From Verrucomicrobiia bacterium (GTDB lineage Bacteria; Verrucomicrobiota; Verrucomicrobiia; Limisphaerales; UBA1319), in the NCBI GenBank assembly GCA_963664225.1, contig OY760937.1, positions 2,688,001 through 2,752,000 of the forward strand: DNA of 64,000 bases, in the 5' to 3' direction. The translations under genes were made by a program, and so were the position numbers. The notes beneath the pieces are model-generated. The model searched no databases. It saw only the letters and a program-made list of their open reading frames with translations, and was not told where the DNA came from. This document shows positions 18,913 through 29,687 of this stretch, piece after piece (position 1 is the stretch's first letter; the number at the start of each line of letters is the position of its first letter).

Positions 18913-20544
18913 TTATGCGAGCTCCACACCACCGCAGAAGTGGGTTTCAATCCCCAGTTCATTCATCATGGCCGCCTTGATGCGCGCGGCCCGATGCGCC
19001 TGCTTATCGTTGGGGGCATAGGCCACCTGGATGTGGTTGGACTTGTGGCGGGCCATGAACTGGTCGCGGGAGACACCGTTAAGCACGGCGTTCATCATCG
19101 GCCATTGGCTGGTGGTTTCGCTCCAGCGGCGCGCGTTGTCCTTGTCGGAAAGCGCGATGGAACTGGCCACACCGATATCGCAGTGGAGTTTGCCGCCCAT
19201 GACGAATACCCGGCTCCAGACCACGGCGCCGGGCTTGCAAACGCCCTTGACCGAGCCGCCGCCCAGTTTGAAATACATGGCGGGCTGGCGTTCGCTCGAG
19301 GCGCCCTTGTAACCGCCCGTCAGATGGGCCGGGGGAACCGCGCCGGAAATCTGGAAGACCCAGACGTAATCGTTGATCTCCTTGTTCTTGATCTGTTCAC
19401 CCCAACGCACATCGTGGAGCGTGGTTTCCGGCGCAAACCCAAGCGCGCGCCAGAGGCGGTAGGTCAGCAGGCCATCCACACCCGCGCACTCATCGACTTC
19501 GTTGAAATGCGGCACCGCTTCGCCCTCGAAGAGCACCTTGCCGGTCTTCAGGCACTTGACCGGCGGCCGGTCCGTGTTGTTGAGCATTCCTTCCACGAGG
19601 TCGCTGGCGGGCAGCAGATCCTTGAGCCCCTGTTGATACTGGATGCCGATGGTCGCACAGCCAAATTCGGCGGCGATGCGCACGGCGGCAATGTACATCT
19701 TGCACTGGCCGAGCACCTGGTCTTCGGTCAGCTCGGTCTCCTCATCGGTGCCGAGAACAAATTTCATCCCTTTCTTCAACAGCCAGGCATAGACCGCCCG
19801 GGCCTCTTCGTCCTCCACATCGCAGGTGGCGGCAAACAGGGCGGACTGGCTCATGCGTTCCTTGAAAATACCCAGGGGATTGAGCATTTCATCCGCAATG
19901 ATCGCGTTGTGCATGCCCATGCAACCCTCGTCGAAAATGCCCATGATCGCCTTGTCGTGACGGAATTCGCGCGCCGCCTGACGTCCAAATTGCTCGTCCG
20001 CGAGGGGCAGCTTCAACATCGCGAGATCGCGGACATGGCTCTGGTCATGGGTGACCACGCCATCGGCGAGCCACTGGCGCAGGCCGTTCTTGAAGAAGGC
20101 GTCCTTGAAATCGAGGCTCCACAGCGTGCTGTAGGCCTTGCCGAGTTTTGTGAGGGAGGCATTGAGATTAAGCATGCCCACCAGCCCCGGCCACGTGCCG
20201 CTCCAATTGGCCACGGTCAAAATCGGTCCCTGGTGCGTGGAAAGGCCCGGCCAGACGTGATGGCTGTATTGCCAGACGCTCTCGGCCACAATGATCGGGG
20301 CCTTGGGATCGAGCTGGCGGAAGACTTCCAGACCCATTTTCTGGGAATCGATGAATCCGTGTTTCTTGACCTTGTCATAAGGGTGGGCCCGGACCACCGT
20401 CCAGCCTTCCTCCTTCAACGCCTTGGTGAGTGTGGCCTCCATTTTCGCCTGCTCTGCCCAGCATTGCTGGTTGGCGGAGAGCCGCAGGTCACCACTGGCG
20501 GCCAGATAGACATGCTTCGGTTTCAAAGATGATGCAGTTTTCAT
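18913..20544 (-). CDS. L-fucose isomerase-like protein
   Basis: NWSGTWPGLVG, FDEGCMGM, FNEVDEC and NHIQVAY motifs typical of the FucI-like fold. Confidence 0.75.
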   Translation of the reverse strand: MKTASSLKPKHVYLAASGDLRLSANQQCWAEQAKMEATLTKALKEEGWTVVRAHPYDKVKKHGFIDSQKMGLEVFRQLDPKAPIIVAESVWQYSHHVWPGLSTHQGPILTVANWSGTWPGLVGMLNLNASLTKLGKAYSTLWSLDFKDAFFKNGLRQWLADGVVTHDQSHVRDLAMLKLPLADEQFGRQAAREFRHDKAIMGIFDEGCMGMHNAIIADEMLNPLGIFKERMSQSALFAATCDVEDEEARAVYAWLLKKGMKFVLGTDEETELTEDQVLGQCKMYIAAVRIAAEFGCATIGIQYQQGLKDLLPASDLVEGMLNNTDRPPVKCLKTGKVLFEGEAVPHFNEVDECAGVDGLLTYRLWRALGFAPETTLHDVRWGEQIKNKEINDYVWVFQISGAVPPAHLTGGYKGASSERQPAMYFKLGGGSVKGVCKPGAVVWSRVFVMGGKLHCDIGVASSIALSDKDNARRWSETTSQWPMMNAVLNGVSRDQFMARHKSNHIQVAYAPNDKQAHRAARIKAAMMNELGIETHFCGGVELA

Positions 20545-20761
20545 AATGTTCTGGCCAAAGTAATACCCGCCTGCCGTTTCACAAGAAAACAATGCGTTGC
20601 CGATCGGCAGGCTTACAGGACACTTGAGTGATTGATTCCATCGATGCATGGTTTGGCAGTGTCCCAAGGCCGTTCATTTTCAATCAAATCAGGGCCGTTG
20701 ACTTGGTTTTGGTTGGATGTACAGTACGCACGGAAGACACAATCTTAATCACGCTCACGCT

Positions 20762-21004
20762 ATGGCGCTGGAAAAAGAAATCGAAACCTATAACCGGGAA
20801 TTGCCAAAGTTCGCCGACCAGGAGGGGAAGTTTGTAGTCATTCAGGGCGATACTGTCATTGGGGTTTACGTTTCCTATGAGGATGCCCTGAAAATGGCTT
20901 ACGAAAAATGTGGGCTTAAACCTTTTCTCGTAAAAAACATTCAATCTTTTGAGCAGGTTCAGTTTTTTAGTCGCGATTTGTGTCTGAGCCATGCCTCACT
21001 ATAG
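20762..21004 (+). CDS. Small DUF5678-like protein
   Basis: MALEKEIETY…EGKFVVIQGDTVIGVY.SYEDAL pattern; overlaps the protease gene. Confidence 0.6.
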   Translation: MALEKEIETYNRELPKFADQEGKFVVIQGDTVIGVYVSYEDALKMAYEKCGLKPFLVKNIQSFEQVQFFSRDLCLSHASL

Positions 21005-21431
21005 CCTCAAGATAACTCCACAGGGGGCACTGATTCAGTTTCGTGTGGGTGTGAGCAACCCAAGGGCGGGTGCTCTCGTTGCAGCAGGCCAGCCCGTCCC
21101 TGCCTCCATTCCCATTACCGGCCTTATAGACACGGGCGCAAGCTGCACAAGTATTGACACCACCATACTTCGGCAGCTTGCAATTCCCTCCACAGGACAA
21201 ATCCAGGTTCATACTCCATCCACGCAGGCCAGCGCACCGCACGTCGCGAATTTATACGACATCAGCCTGGTTTTGGTTCATCCACTGATCACCAGGAAAT
21301 TTGATGCAATGCCGGTCACAGAGTCGCAACTTCTGCATCAGGGAATACAGGCTTTAATAGGACGGGATATTTTGAAGGACTGTTTTTTTAGCTATGACGG
21401 TTCCGCACAAAACTTCGTCCTGAGTTTTTAG
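20991..21431 (+). CDS. Retropepsin-like (clan AA) aspartyl protease
   Basis: LIDTGAS catalytic motif and ALIGRDIL motif. Confidence 0.85.
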   Translation: MPHYSLKITPQGALIQFRVGVSNPRAGALVAAGQPVPASIPITGLIDTGASCTSIDTTILRQLAIPSTGQIQVHTPSTQASAPHVANLYDISLVLVHPLITRKFDAMPVTESQLLHQGIQALIGRDILKDCFFSYDGSAQNFVLSF

Positions 21432-21502
21432 TCCTTCGAATCAGGCATGCCAACAGGTTCGTTGTTTGAGAACTGCTCATAACGCGAACCAACCCCGCCC
21501 AT

Positions 21503-23155
21503 TCACCAATCCGCGTTGATCCGGTAAAAACCCGATCCACCGGACGGCGTCGGGTCCAAGAAAATCAGGTTGGTGGTGGTTTGGTCCGCGGGCGCGGCCG
21601 AGACGAGCGTCCATGGCGCGCTGAAAAGCTCCGGAGTGCGCCAGAGTGAAAATTGCGCGCTCTGGAGGAATGTGGCTTTCACCCGCACCTGGCCATTGGT
21701 CACAGACAGGCTGCCAATCTGGAGACCCACACGTTCCTGGCTCAGACGGAGGGCGGCTTCGACGGCCGCGCCAAAATCGATCAGGCCCCAGCCAAAATAG
21801 GGATCGCGCCCGGCGGGACCCTTGTCGATGGCCGTCTGGCGCAGCAGGGCCTCCACATCTTCAGTGGTGAACCCGGGGTTGATGCTGAAAAGAACCCCCG
21901 CCACGCCTGCGACCAGCGGCGTTGAAAAACTGGTTCCTCTGTCCACAGCGTAACCGCTATTGGTGGTCGTGCTGGTCACGTCCCAGCCGGGCGCGGCAAA
22001 ATCGATGTGCGGGCCGTGCATCGAGACCATGTTCCCTGCGGCATCGGTCATGGAGATGCAATAGATGTTGGTAAAATTGGGATAATTCAGCAGGCCCGAG
22101 CCATTGACGCCCGCCATGAAGAGCATGCCTTGCGCATTCTGCCGCAGGAGCAGCCCGGCCTGGTCGAGAACCGGATCGTCCGCCCCATCCCAACTGATGC
22201 TTACCACGCGGACCTGATGACCTGCGGCCCAAACAATCGCATCGTACATCTCGCTGGTGTAACCGGTGATGTTGATTGGCAACACGCGGCAGTTGCCCGC
22301 TCCAGCCACGCCGATGCCATTATTCACCACCGCCGCCGCCATCCCCGCCGAAAGCGTGGAGTGGTCCAGGCCGGTTGACGCATTGACGGGCTGGCCGGTC
22401 ACAACATCCCACCCGGCGTCCATGTTGGCCGCGAGGTCCGGGTGGTTCATTTGAAACGGAGTATCCACAATCCCAATGCGAACGGTGGGACGGCCCAGGG
22501 TCAAGGCCCAGGCGGTGGCGCTGTGAATGGCCTCGTGATGCCACTGCTGTGGAAGCAGCGGATCGTTGGGTTGGAAGGTCGCCAGCGCGCTTTGGGATTG
22601 AGCCTGGCCCTGGCGGTGATGCAGGAAATCCAGTTGTGCGAATTCGACATCGGGCCGCCGCCGTAAAATATCCACGGCCTCTGCCTCCTGCTGGGCTTCG
22701 ACACGCATGGCCGCCGTCAACGGCACGGACCTGAATTTCACCAGCACACGTTCCGGATTGAATGAACGCACGGAACCATCCGGCGCGCGCCAGACGCCAA
22801 CGCGTTCTCCCGCACGCGGACGCCCCGTTCCCATCTCGGCCTCCGGCAGGGGCACGGCATGCGCGGCAGCATCGAGGGTGCCCAGCGCCTCCAACGGCAC
22901 CAGGTCTGGAACGCGCCGGCCCGGGCCTTTGCCCAGCGCGGTGGGGGGCATTGCAGGGTTTGCGGACGATGGGGCTTGAAGGAGATTTGTTTGGATCGTG
23001 CGCGGCCTGATTTGAAGCAACTGAGTCTGGGACTGGGTCTGGGACCGCAGCGCGGGGTTGTTCCCAGCGAAGCGCCAAAAACCCGCGAGCATCACGCAAA
23101 CGCCCAGACCGAGCATTGCGCGGAGAACGGTCTTCTGTGGGGAACGCGGTTTCAC
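21503..23155 (-). CDS. S8 subtilisin-family serine peptidase
   Basis: Catalytic triad GIVDT, DHST and GTSFSTP; N-terminal TM/signal; C-terminal FYRI tail. Confidence 0.88.
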   Translation of the reverse strand: MKPRSPQKTVLRAMLGLGVCVMLAGFWRFAGNNPALRSQTQSQTQLLQIRPRTIQTNLLQAPSSANPAMPPTALGKGPGRRVPDLVPLEALGTLDAAAHAVPLPEAEMGTGRPRAGERVGVWRAPDGSVRSFNPERVLVKFRSVPLTAAMRVEAQQEAEAVDILRRRPDVEFAQLDFLHHRQGQAQSQSALATFQPNDPLLPQQWHHEAIHSATAWALTLGRPTVRIGIVDTPFQMNHPDLAANMDAGWDVVTGQPVNASTGLDHSTLSAGMAAAVVNNGIGVAGAGNCRVLPINITGYTSEMYDAIVWAAGHQVRVVSISWDGADDPVLDQAGLLLRQNAQGMLFMAGVNGSGLLNYPNFTNIYCISMTDAAGNMVSMHGPHIDFAAPGWDVTSTTTNSGYAVDRGTSFSTPLVAGVAGVLFSINPGFTTEDVEALLRQTAIDKGPAGRDPYFGWGLIDFGAAVEAALRLSQERVGLQIGSLSVTNGQVRVKATFLQSAQFSLWRTPELFSAPWTLVSAAPADQTTTNLIFLDPTPSGGSGFYRINADW

Positions 23156-23169
23156 GGGAGAGGGTTCGA

Positions 23170-23715
23170 TTAGCGGCCAGTGCCTCCGGCGGCGCGTTTG
23201 GGCGGCGATTTCAGGAAGCCGGGGCCGTTATCGATGCGCAGGGGTTGCCACGGCGCCTTCGGAAGCGCACTCACATCCACAAACCGGGGTTTCGAGGCAT
23301 TCCTGGGAATCGCGACTATTTGATAAGGCGTGGTGCCTCCCTTGCGTGGACGCGCCCCGAGTGCCGGTTCGTATTCGATGACCAGGATGCGTGTCCGGTT
23401 ATTTAACATCTCCACTTGCACGACTTCCAGGTCATGTGCGCCGACTTTTTGCAGGCCCATCATCACGGCCACCACCATCTCTTTTTTGAAATCGACCACG
23501 GGCGGCTTGTTCGTTGGACTGCCGGGATTGTGCAGGGCCCAGAATTCGCGCCATTCCGTGGCCGTTCGGAGCACCACGCGCCGTGGTTTTTGAATGCGGC
23601 TGTCGAAGCCCTTGGCCAGAAAGCGCCAGGCGACCGGTGTGGATTTCGTGGTCGTCGTGCATGCGGTCACGCACAGCACCAGCGCCAGGATTACACCGAG
23701 TCGGAGGAATTTCAT
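23170..23715 (-). CDS. PrcB C-terminal domain (lipo)protein
   Basis: Lipobox-like VTAC; PVVDFKKEMVVAVMMG…TTPYQIVAIP; lies next to the S8 protease. Confidence 0.65.
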   Translation of the reverse strand: MKFLRLGVILALVLCVTACTTTTKSTPVAWRFLAKGFDSRIQKPRRVVLRTATEWREFWALHNPGSPTNKPPVVDFKKEMVVAVMMGLQKVGAHDLEVVQVEMLNNRTRILVIEYEPALGARPRKGGTTPYQIVAIPRNASKPRFVDVSALPKAPWQPLRIDNGPGFLKSPPKRAAGGTGR

Positions 23716-23786
23716 GCCCGCATTATAGCGCAGCGTCCCGGGAATGTGAATCCCGATGGCGATTGAAGAATTTTCCGGGACGCCAT

Positions 23787-24815
23787 TTAAACCAGATTGT
23801 GCCGATACCAATCGAGCGCCTCCGCGAGCCCCTTCTGAACCGTGTGCGTGGGGCTATATCCCAGCAAGGCCCGCGCCTTGGTGATGTTCGCCAGGGAATG
23901 CCGCACATCGCCCGGCCGGAAATCCTGGTAGAGGGGTTTCAGACCGGCCAGCGATGCATAATGGGGCGCCAGGCCCGCGCGCAACGCTTCAAACAGCTCA
24001 TTCAGCGTGATGCGCTCACCGACGGCCACATTGAACGCCTGTCCGAGCGCCCCCGGGTGCGTCGTGGTGGCGGCCAGCAGATTGGCCTGCACCACATTGG
24101 CGATGTAGCAAAAATCCCGGCTCGTTTCGCCATCCCCGTTGATGCGAATGGGCTGGTTCTTGATCATCGCGGCAACCCACTTGGGGATGACCGCCGCATA
24201 GGGGCCATCGGGATCCTGCCGCGCGCCGAACACATTGAAATAGCGCAGACCGACCGTTTCCAATCCATAACACTGGCCGAACACCCCCGCGTAATTTTCG
24301 TTGGCCATCTTCGTCACCGCATACGGCGAGAGCATCCGGCCCGTCTGGTCCTCCACCTTGGGCAGGCCCGGGTGGTCGCCATAGACGGAACTGCTGGAGG
24401 CGTACACGAAGCGGCGCACCGTGCAATCCCGCGCGGCCATGACCATGTTCAGAAATCCCGTGACATTCACCGCATGCGACGTCGCGGGATCGGCTATCGA
24501 GCGGGGCACCGACCCGAGCGCGGCCTGATGCAGCACATGGTCCACACCCGCGCAGGCCTTCTGGCAGGTCTGCAAATCCCGGATGTCGCCGGATAAAAAT
24601 TCAAACCCGGCCCACTGGTCGGGGGTGACCAATGACCGCACCTGGTCGAGATTGCGCTGGAAGCCGGTGGCAAAATTATCCAGGCCGCGCACCTTCTGGC
24701 CAAGGCGCAAAAGGGCTTCAACGATATTCGATCCGATGAATCCCGCGGCACCGGTCACGAGCCAGAATTTGGGCTGTCCGGTCAGCGCGTTCGTGGTTTG
24801 TTGGAAAACAGTCAT
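23787..24815 (-). CDS. NAD-dependent UDP-GlcNAc/GalNAc 4-epimerase (WbpP/TviC-like)
   Basis: [20 protein letters not shown] and YAVTK motifs. Confidence 0.9.
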   Translation of the reverse strand: MTVFQQTTNALTGQPKFWLVTGAAGFIGSNIVEALLRLGQKVRGLDNFATGFQRNLDQVRSLVTPDQWAGFEFLSGDIRDLQTCQKACAGVDHVLHQAALGSVPRSIADPATSHAVNVTGFLNMVMAARDCTVRRFVYASSSSVYGDHPGLPKVEDQTGRMLSPYAVTKMANENYAGVFGQCYGLETVGLRYFNVFGARQDPDGPYAAVIPKWVAAMIKNQPIRINGDGETSRDFCYIANVVQANLLAATTTHPGALGQAFNVAVGERITLNELFEALRAGLAPHYASLAGLKPLYQDFRPGDVRHSLANITKARALLGYSPTHTVQKGLAEALDWYRHNLV

Positions 24816-25830
24816 TTCAATCTGGAGTCAACACTTTGACCAACCCGATTGGCAAGCCCATTTAATGACCGGCGCAGAACAAAAATCAGGAGTGCGAGAA
24901 ACCGCCATGGCGGTGCGCCACTTTCAGTCGGCTTTTCGCAAACGAGCGAACCAGGCTGTGGGCGGCCCTCCCTGCGTGTGACTCCTGCCAGAACGTCCTG
25001 GCCGCCAACCCGGAATGGGTTGCCATCACCCATACGGGGGTTGCGCGGATCGAACTACCCCGAGAATCACCATCAACACACCAAACCTACTCCGAAGGAG
25101 GTGAATCAGATGCAACACGCACAGTTGGGGATATTGGAGAGCGTCGTTCTGAAGGGCCACCGGACTTGAAGGCTGGAACGCAAATTCCACGTCAAACCCA
25201 CTCCAATCCCCTGATCTGGAAACCAATGATCGCGCCGGCAAAAGTGTTATGTTATTGTTTGACCTATCCGCGCCCGATTTCCACTGTAGCACCGTAAAAC
25301 CCCCTTTAATTGGGACATTCACCGGTGGGGGAACCCCCCCATAGCGTTCACTGGGTTTTTATAAGAAGCTTACGTCATGAGATCCAGCCATCTCGTTCAT
25401 TAATTAAGCGGCATACGAATGCTGCTGGCGGGTTGTCTGAATCCTATCTCATTACAAAAGCTAAAATATGTTAGGTTCAATTATACTTATTATAGTCGGT
25501 GGTGCTTTATGCCTGGTTTTGACCGGTTTTGTGTTCACGGTCTTATTCAGATCGAATTGATGCTCAAAGATGGGAGTCGGGACGTGACCAGGTCAGCCCT
25601 ATCCGTAATCAGCCTGATGGGGGCGGGTATTATGTACGGGAGAACCCTTCCAAGAACCCATGCCAGCATGCCAAATGCAAGCCCGGATAATGGCGTCTTT
25701 AAAACATGTAATCCAAATCCACCTTGGGAATGCGCATAAATAATGGGGGTTTTCCCCTCCTGTTTTCAATCGGCTCGCTTGCGCTTTACATCTCATTGAC
25801 AGGCCTCTTGCGCCGCCGAATATTATTTCA

Positions 25831-26748
25831 ATGAGAAAGCAAGACCGTGTTCTTCTTGCGCTGATGGCTCTGGTTTGTTCAGTCGGATACACTGCATGGG
25901 CTCATCCAAGTTCTGGAATCGTTGTTGACCGCCAGGGCCAGGTATTTTTCTCTGACATTGCTCGCGGTCTGCTGAAAGTGGATACACAGGGGAGGGTGAC
26001 AACAGTTTTTGCCAGGGAGGGTGGGCATTGGCTGGCCTTGGATATCAACGGGAGCTTCTCAAACGTGGACTTCGAGAAATCACAGCACTGGCCTCGGTGG
26101 TTCAAACGACGCACGCCTTCTGGCGCGATACCTGCACTCATCACCGACGGAGGTTCGCCGCTGGTCGTAGCTCAGGACGGCAATCTTTACTATGTCTGCA
26201 ACGATGAGCGGATGATCCCGGGTGGCTTGCTGATGGCCCGGCTGACACCGGACGGCCAGGAAACACTGCTCAACGCCGGCTTTCGTCACACCTCCGACGA
26301 ATTGGGTGGCATCAAGGGCCTGGCCACCAGCCCTGATGGCTCACTCTATGCCAGCTATCCTGGGGCGATCTTGAAAATAACCCTCGATGGAAGGGTAACC
26401 ACATTTCTTAATCCGGTGGTCGTGCATGATTGCGACAAGGATTCGCATTCAACCAATGCCGCTCCCGGTTTGCGTGGCCTGGCCGTGGATCAACTCGGAG
26501 TGGTTTATGTGGCCGCCACGGACTGCCGCTGTGTCATAAAGATTACGCCGGGCGGTCATGTCGAAACCATCTTAAAATCAGGCGCGCCGTGGTCGCCAAC
26601 CGGTGTTGCATTGAAAGACGGCAACCTTTTCGTGTTGGAATACAAAGTGATTAACGACGAAGCCCACGATTACCTGCCTCGCGTTCGAAGACTCGGACAG
26701 GATGGCCAAGTTACCACCTTGGCGACGTTCGTGCCTGAAGGAAGATAG
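25831..26748 (+). CDS. Secreted NHL/beta-propeller repeat protein
   Basis: Signal peptide; repeated GLAVD/GIVVD-xx-G-x-vYv units. Confidence 0.7.
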   Translation: MRKQDRVLLALMALVCSVGYTAWAHPSSGIVVDRQGQVFFSDIARGLLKVDTQGRVTTVFAREGGHWLALDINGSFSNVDFEKSQHWPRWFKRRTPSGAIPALITDGGSPLVVAQDGNLYYVCNDERMIPGGLLMARLTPDGQETLLNAGFRHTSDELGGIKGLATSPDGSLYASYPGAILKITLDGRVTTFLNPVVVHDCDKDSHSTNAAPGLRGLAVDQLGVVYVAATDCRCVIKITPGGHVETILKSGAPWSPTGVALKDGNLFVLEYKVINDEAHDYLPRVRRLGQDGQVTTLATFVPEGR

Positions 26749-26895
26749 GCCGTGAAAGGGCCAACCCATCGTATAGTGCGGCATTCCCCTTTAAATTGAT
26801 CGCAGGCCAGCCTCTTGGGGTGATGCCCGGCGGGCCCGGGTTCATGCTGTGACACCTAACCTTATTGATCCAAAGTGTCATCGGATTTGCAGCCA

Positions 26896-27213
26896 TCAGT
26901 GTATCCGGTGAATAATGTCCGCCAGTTTGATGAGGCCGATGACAGCAAACACCGCGATGATAACAAAGATTATCAGCGCGATGGACAGACAGTTTCTTTC
27001 CTCCTCCGGGTCCGGTTCGTAGCCTGGAAGGTCGGCAACCTTCATCCACTGTTTTGCTGGTGTTCCTTGAACCGCCTGCAAACCTTGCCCGGAATCGGCC
27101 ACGGCCAATGCCTTAAACGTGAGCTGCTTTTGCCGTACCATCTGATTGATTTGCTCAATGACAAATGGCCCTTCAATTTCCGCTTCGCTGGCCCGTCTAA
27201 CGTAATACGTCAT
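26896..27213 (-). CDS. Small membrane protein with GYF_2/DUF4339-like N-terminus
   Basis: YYV…EGPF..EQINQM pattern followed by a C-terminal TM helix. Confidence 0.55.
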   Translation of the reverse strand: MTYYVRRASEAEIEGPFVIEQINQMVRQKQLTFKALAVADSGQGLQAVQGTPAKQWMKVADLPGYEPDPEEERNCLSIALIIFVIIAVFAVIGLIKLADIIHRIH

Positions 27214-27226
27214 CGGATTATTTTAG

Positions 27227-27820
27227 TCAATTCGACGGCTTCAGGTCGCGGGACCCGACGGGATTTGCATCCGCATCGCATTTAAGAATAAGGCGCTGAC
27301 GCGACCACGCAATTCTGCTGGATTCATTATGTCCCGCATTTCGCAACATCTGTTCATCGAACACGAAAAGCAATTGAGACAGGCCAGGCTTAAGGTCGAA
27401 ATAGTCTTTAAGGCGAATTCTAAACCCAAGGCGTTTGCATTCGTGCGGTTCATATTCCAGGTTGTCCGCAATCCAATTGTATTGGCCCCCTTTTGGATCG
27501 GAAATAATATCGTCATTCATATCCAGCATTTCAATGTGGTGGCAAATTGCGTCTGCGCGAACACATAATCTGACGGCGTTTGTGAAGTCCGTATGATTGG
27601 TTGTCTCGAGAAAGCCTCTCAAAACCGTTGTGACTGGATCGAAGAATTCGATGTGGAACCTGGCTCCCAGAAATCCTTGGGTCACACCATCGATGATGAT
27701 AGGCGCATGATTTGTGGTTAAGGACAAAGACTGGGTCGGCCACTGGATACGACTCTGCGCCGACTCACCTGCTTGAGCACCCACGAATAAGAAAATAATA
27801 ATCAGGGAAAGGAGTCTCAT
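27227..27820 (-). CDS. Hypothetical secreted protein (lower GC)
   Basis: Signal peptide MRLLSLIIIFLFVGAQA; protein-like composition. Confidence 0.5.
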   Translation of the reverse strand: MRLLSLIIIFLFVGAQAGESAQSRIQWPTQSLSLTTNHAPIIIDGVTQGFLGARFHIEFFDPVTTVLRGFLETTNHTDFTNAVRLCVRADAICHHIEMLDMNDDIISDPKGGQYNWIADNLEYEPHECKRLGFRIRLKDYFDLKPGLSQLLFVFDEQMLRNAGHNESSRIAWSRQRLILKCDADANPVGSRDLKPSN

Positions 27821-28195
27821 TAGTGATATAAATTGATCACCCCATCTTCCGGTGCGTTTTTCATCTCTTACATTGTTCACAATCCACCCTCTCAAGCGCC
27901 GCCCGCCAGGCCCAAGTCCATTTCCGCGTTCACTTCATCCCAGCGGTGTGGTGCGGCATTGGCACTCATGGAACGCCCCAACCCTAGGCGGCCGACAATG
28001 CGTTTCAATGACAATGTTGCTTTGCTCCTTAACTCGGGCGCAGGACAAAATTCTTCAGCTCCAGAAGAAATCCAAGAAAGGCTGATGGAAATATTTATGA
28101 AACGATAATACCAGTTATTTAACAAACATTATTAGCCGGAAACCGGATGCCGCACGAGGGCGTGTGGCATACAACATATTCAGGTGCACCACCTT

Positions 28196-28219
28196 GTAGG
28201 CCCGGTGCCCTCACCGGGC
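28196..28219 (+). repeat. GTAG-type REP-like hairpin
   Basis: GTAG followed by GCCCGGTG-ccct-CACCGGGC; similar GTAG-C-hairpins at 35246 and 35304. Confidence 0.5.
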
Positions 28220-28300
28220 GTCTTCCTTGTTTTCCTCCTTTTTTGGTTTTGTCGCCTACCTGAATTTTGTCCTGTATCCCCGTAACCCGGGCGCAGGATT

Positions 28301-28370
28301 TGACCTCCGCCCTCTGATCTATGCCCTTCGCCCACCGCCCTCCGCCTTCAGCCCTCAGCCCTCCGTTCCT
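28301..28370. repeat. Degenerate 7-bp tandem array (10 units, consensus nGCCCTC)
   Basis: tgacctc cgccctc tgatcta tgccctt cgcccac cgccctc cgccttc agccctc agccctc cgttcct. Confidence 0.65.
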
Positions 28371-29021
28371 TCAGATTTCGACAATGACCTCCTGTTTTGG
28401 AAAGCGGACTTTCTTGAGCGAGGCGTAATGGTCGCTGGCGGCGCGATAACCCGCGGTGGCGACCACCACGGCGCTCAAGCCCTGTTTGTTGAGCCCGAGA
28501 ATTGCGTCATATTTGTCCTTCTCGATGCCCTCCATGGGGCACGCGTCGATGCCGAGCAGCGCCGCGCTGTTGAGGAAGTTGCCCAGCGCGATATACACCT
28601 GGCGGGTGGCCCAGGTCTGGCGGGCCGCCGCGTCCATGCCCTGGACGATCCCGCCCAGCATCATGTCGCGATAGGCGGACAGCGACGCACGCGGGACGCC
28701 GCGGACTTCCGCGATGCGGTCCACGAAACTCTCCACGTCCTGCGCGCCGATCTGCTTCTTGACGGCGAAAACGACCAGGTGCGAGGCGTCCGCGATCTGC
28801 CGCTGCCCCCAGGAGACGGGAACGAGCTTTTCGCGCAATGCCGGGTCCGTGACCAAGACGAATTTCCAGGGCTGGAGGCCGAAGGAGGAGGGCGTGAGCA
28901 GGAGCGATTGCTCCAGGGCTGCCCAATCCGCGGGATCGATCTTGCGTCCCGGATCGAACTGCTTGGTGGCATAGCGCCAGTTGAGTTGCTCAATCAATTG
29001 ATTACGATTTATGGGATTCAT
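28371..29021 (-). CDS. NAD(P)H-dependent nitroreductase (NfsB-like)
   Basis: WRYATKQFD, PSSFGLQPW and DACPMEG motifs. Confidence 0.92.
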   Translation of the reverse strand: MNPINRNQLIEQLNWRYATKQFDPGRKIDPADWAALEQSLLLTPSSFGLQPWKFVLVTDPALREKLVPVSWGQRQIADASHLVVFAVKKQIGAQDVESFVDRIAEVRGVPRASLSAYRDMMLGGIVQGMDAAARQTWATRQVYIALGNFLNSAALLGIDACPMEGIEKDKYDAILGLNKQGLSAVVVATAGYRAASDHYASLKKVRFPKQEVIVEI

Positions 29022-29057
29022 ATTCTGTGTAAATTTCAGATCGGACTGCTAATACTA

Positions 29058-29669
29058 TCAGCGCGCGGCGGCGCCGGCCACGCTTAAGGAGATTTCAATG
29101 TCCTCGGAAACACTGGCCTGGGGCGCTGCGGGGTTGATGCCGAAATCGCTGCGTTTGATGGTAAAAGTGGACCGGATCACCAACAGGTCGCCCTTCATAT
29201 TGGGCACGCGCTGACCGAGCTTGTCCTTGAGGTAGGTCAGTTTCACGGGGGCGGTGATTTCCTTTGAGACGCCCTTGATGGTGAGGGTGCCCACGGCGTC
29301 GGCGGTGGTGTTGTCGCCGTCGGTCTTCACATTCTTGAGTTCCCTGGCCGCAAACGTGATGTTCGTGTATTTCTCCACGTCCAGCCACATCGCGCTGTGA
29401 AGGTGGCCCTTCATCATCGGGTTGGGCACGTTCAAGCTCGATGCCGCCACGACAATGCTGCCCTTGGTGTCGCCCGGTTTTTCCGGATCGAACGTCACCA
29501 GGCCGGTGATGCCGTTGGCGCTGCCCTGAATGGCTTCAAGTGTGGCGTCGAGTTTGAAGACGGCGTTGTTCACACCTTTCGGGTCCTTGAAGTCGAAGGT
29601 CTGCGGTTCGGCGAACGCAATCGTGGTGAATGTGGCAAGGCCGATCAGTGCGAGGAGTGATTTGTTCAT
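29058..29669 (-). CDS. YceI family periplasmic protein
   Basis: Signal peptide; HLHS..WLD, GTLTIKGVSK and IKRSDFGI motifs. Confidence 0.88.
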   Translation of the reverse strand: MNKSLLALIGLATFTTIAFAEPQTFDFKDPKGVNNAVFKLDATLEAIQGSANGITGLVTFDPEKPGDTKGSIVVAASSLNVPNPMMKGHLHSAMWLDVEKYTNITFAARELKNVKTDGDNTTADAVGTLTIKGVSKEITAPVKLTYLKDKLGQRVPNMKGDLLVIRSTFTIKRSDFGINPAAPQASVSEDIEISLSVAGAAAR

Positions 29670-29687
29670 GATGTGATTTTGGTTTGT

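Noticed and set aside
25170..25830. Short AT-rich ORFs (25026-25322, 25419-25739, 25599-25892)
   Set aside because: No recognisable motifs; possibly decayed foreign DNA, so no gene call can be supported.
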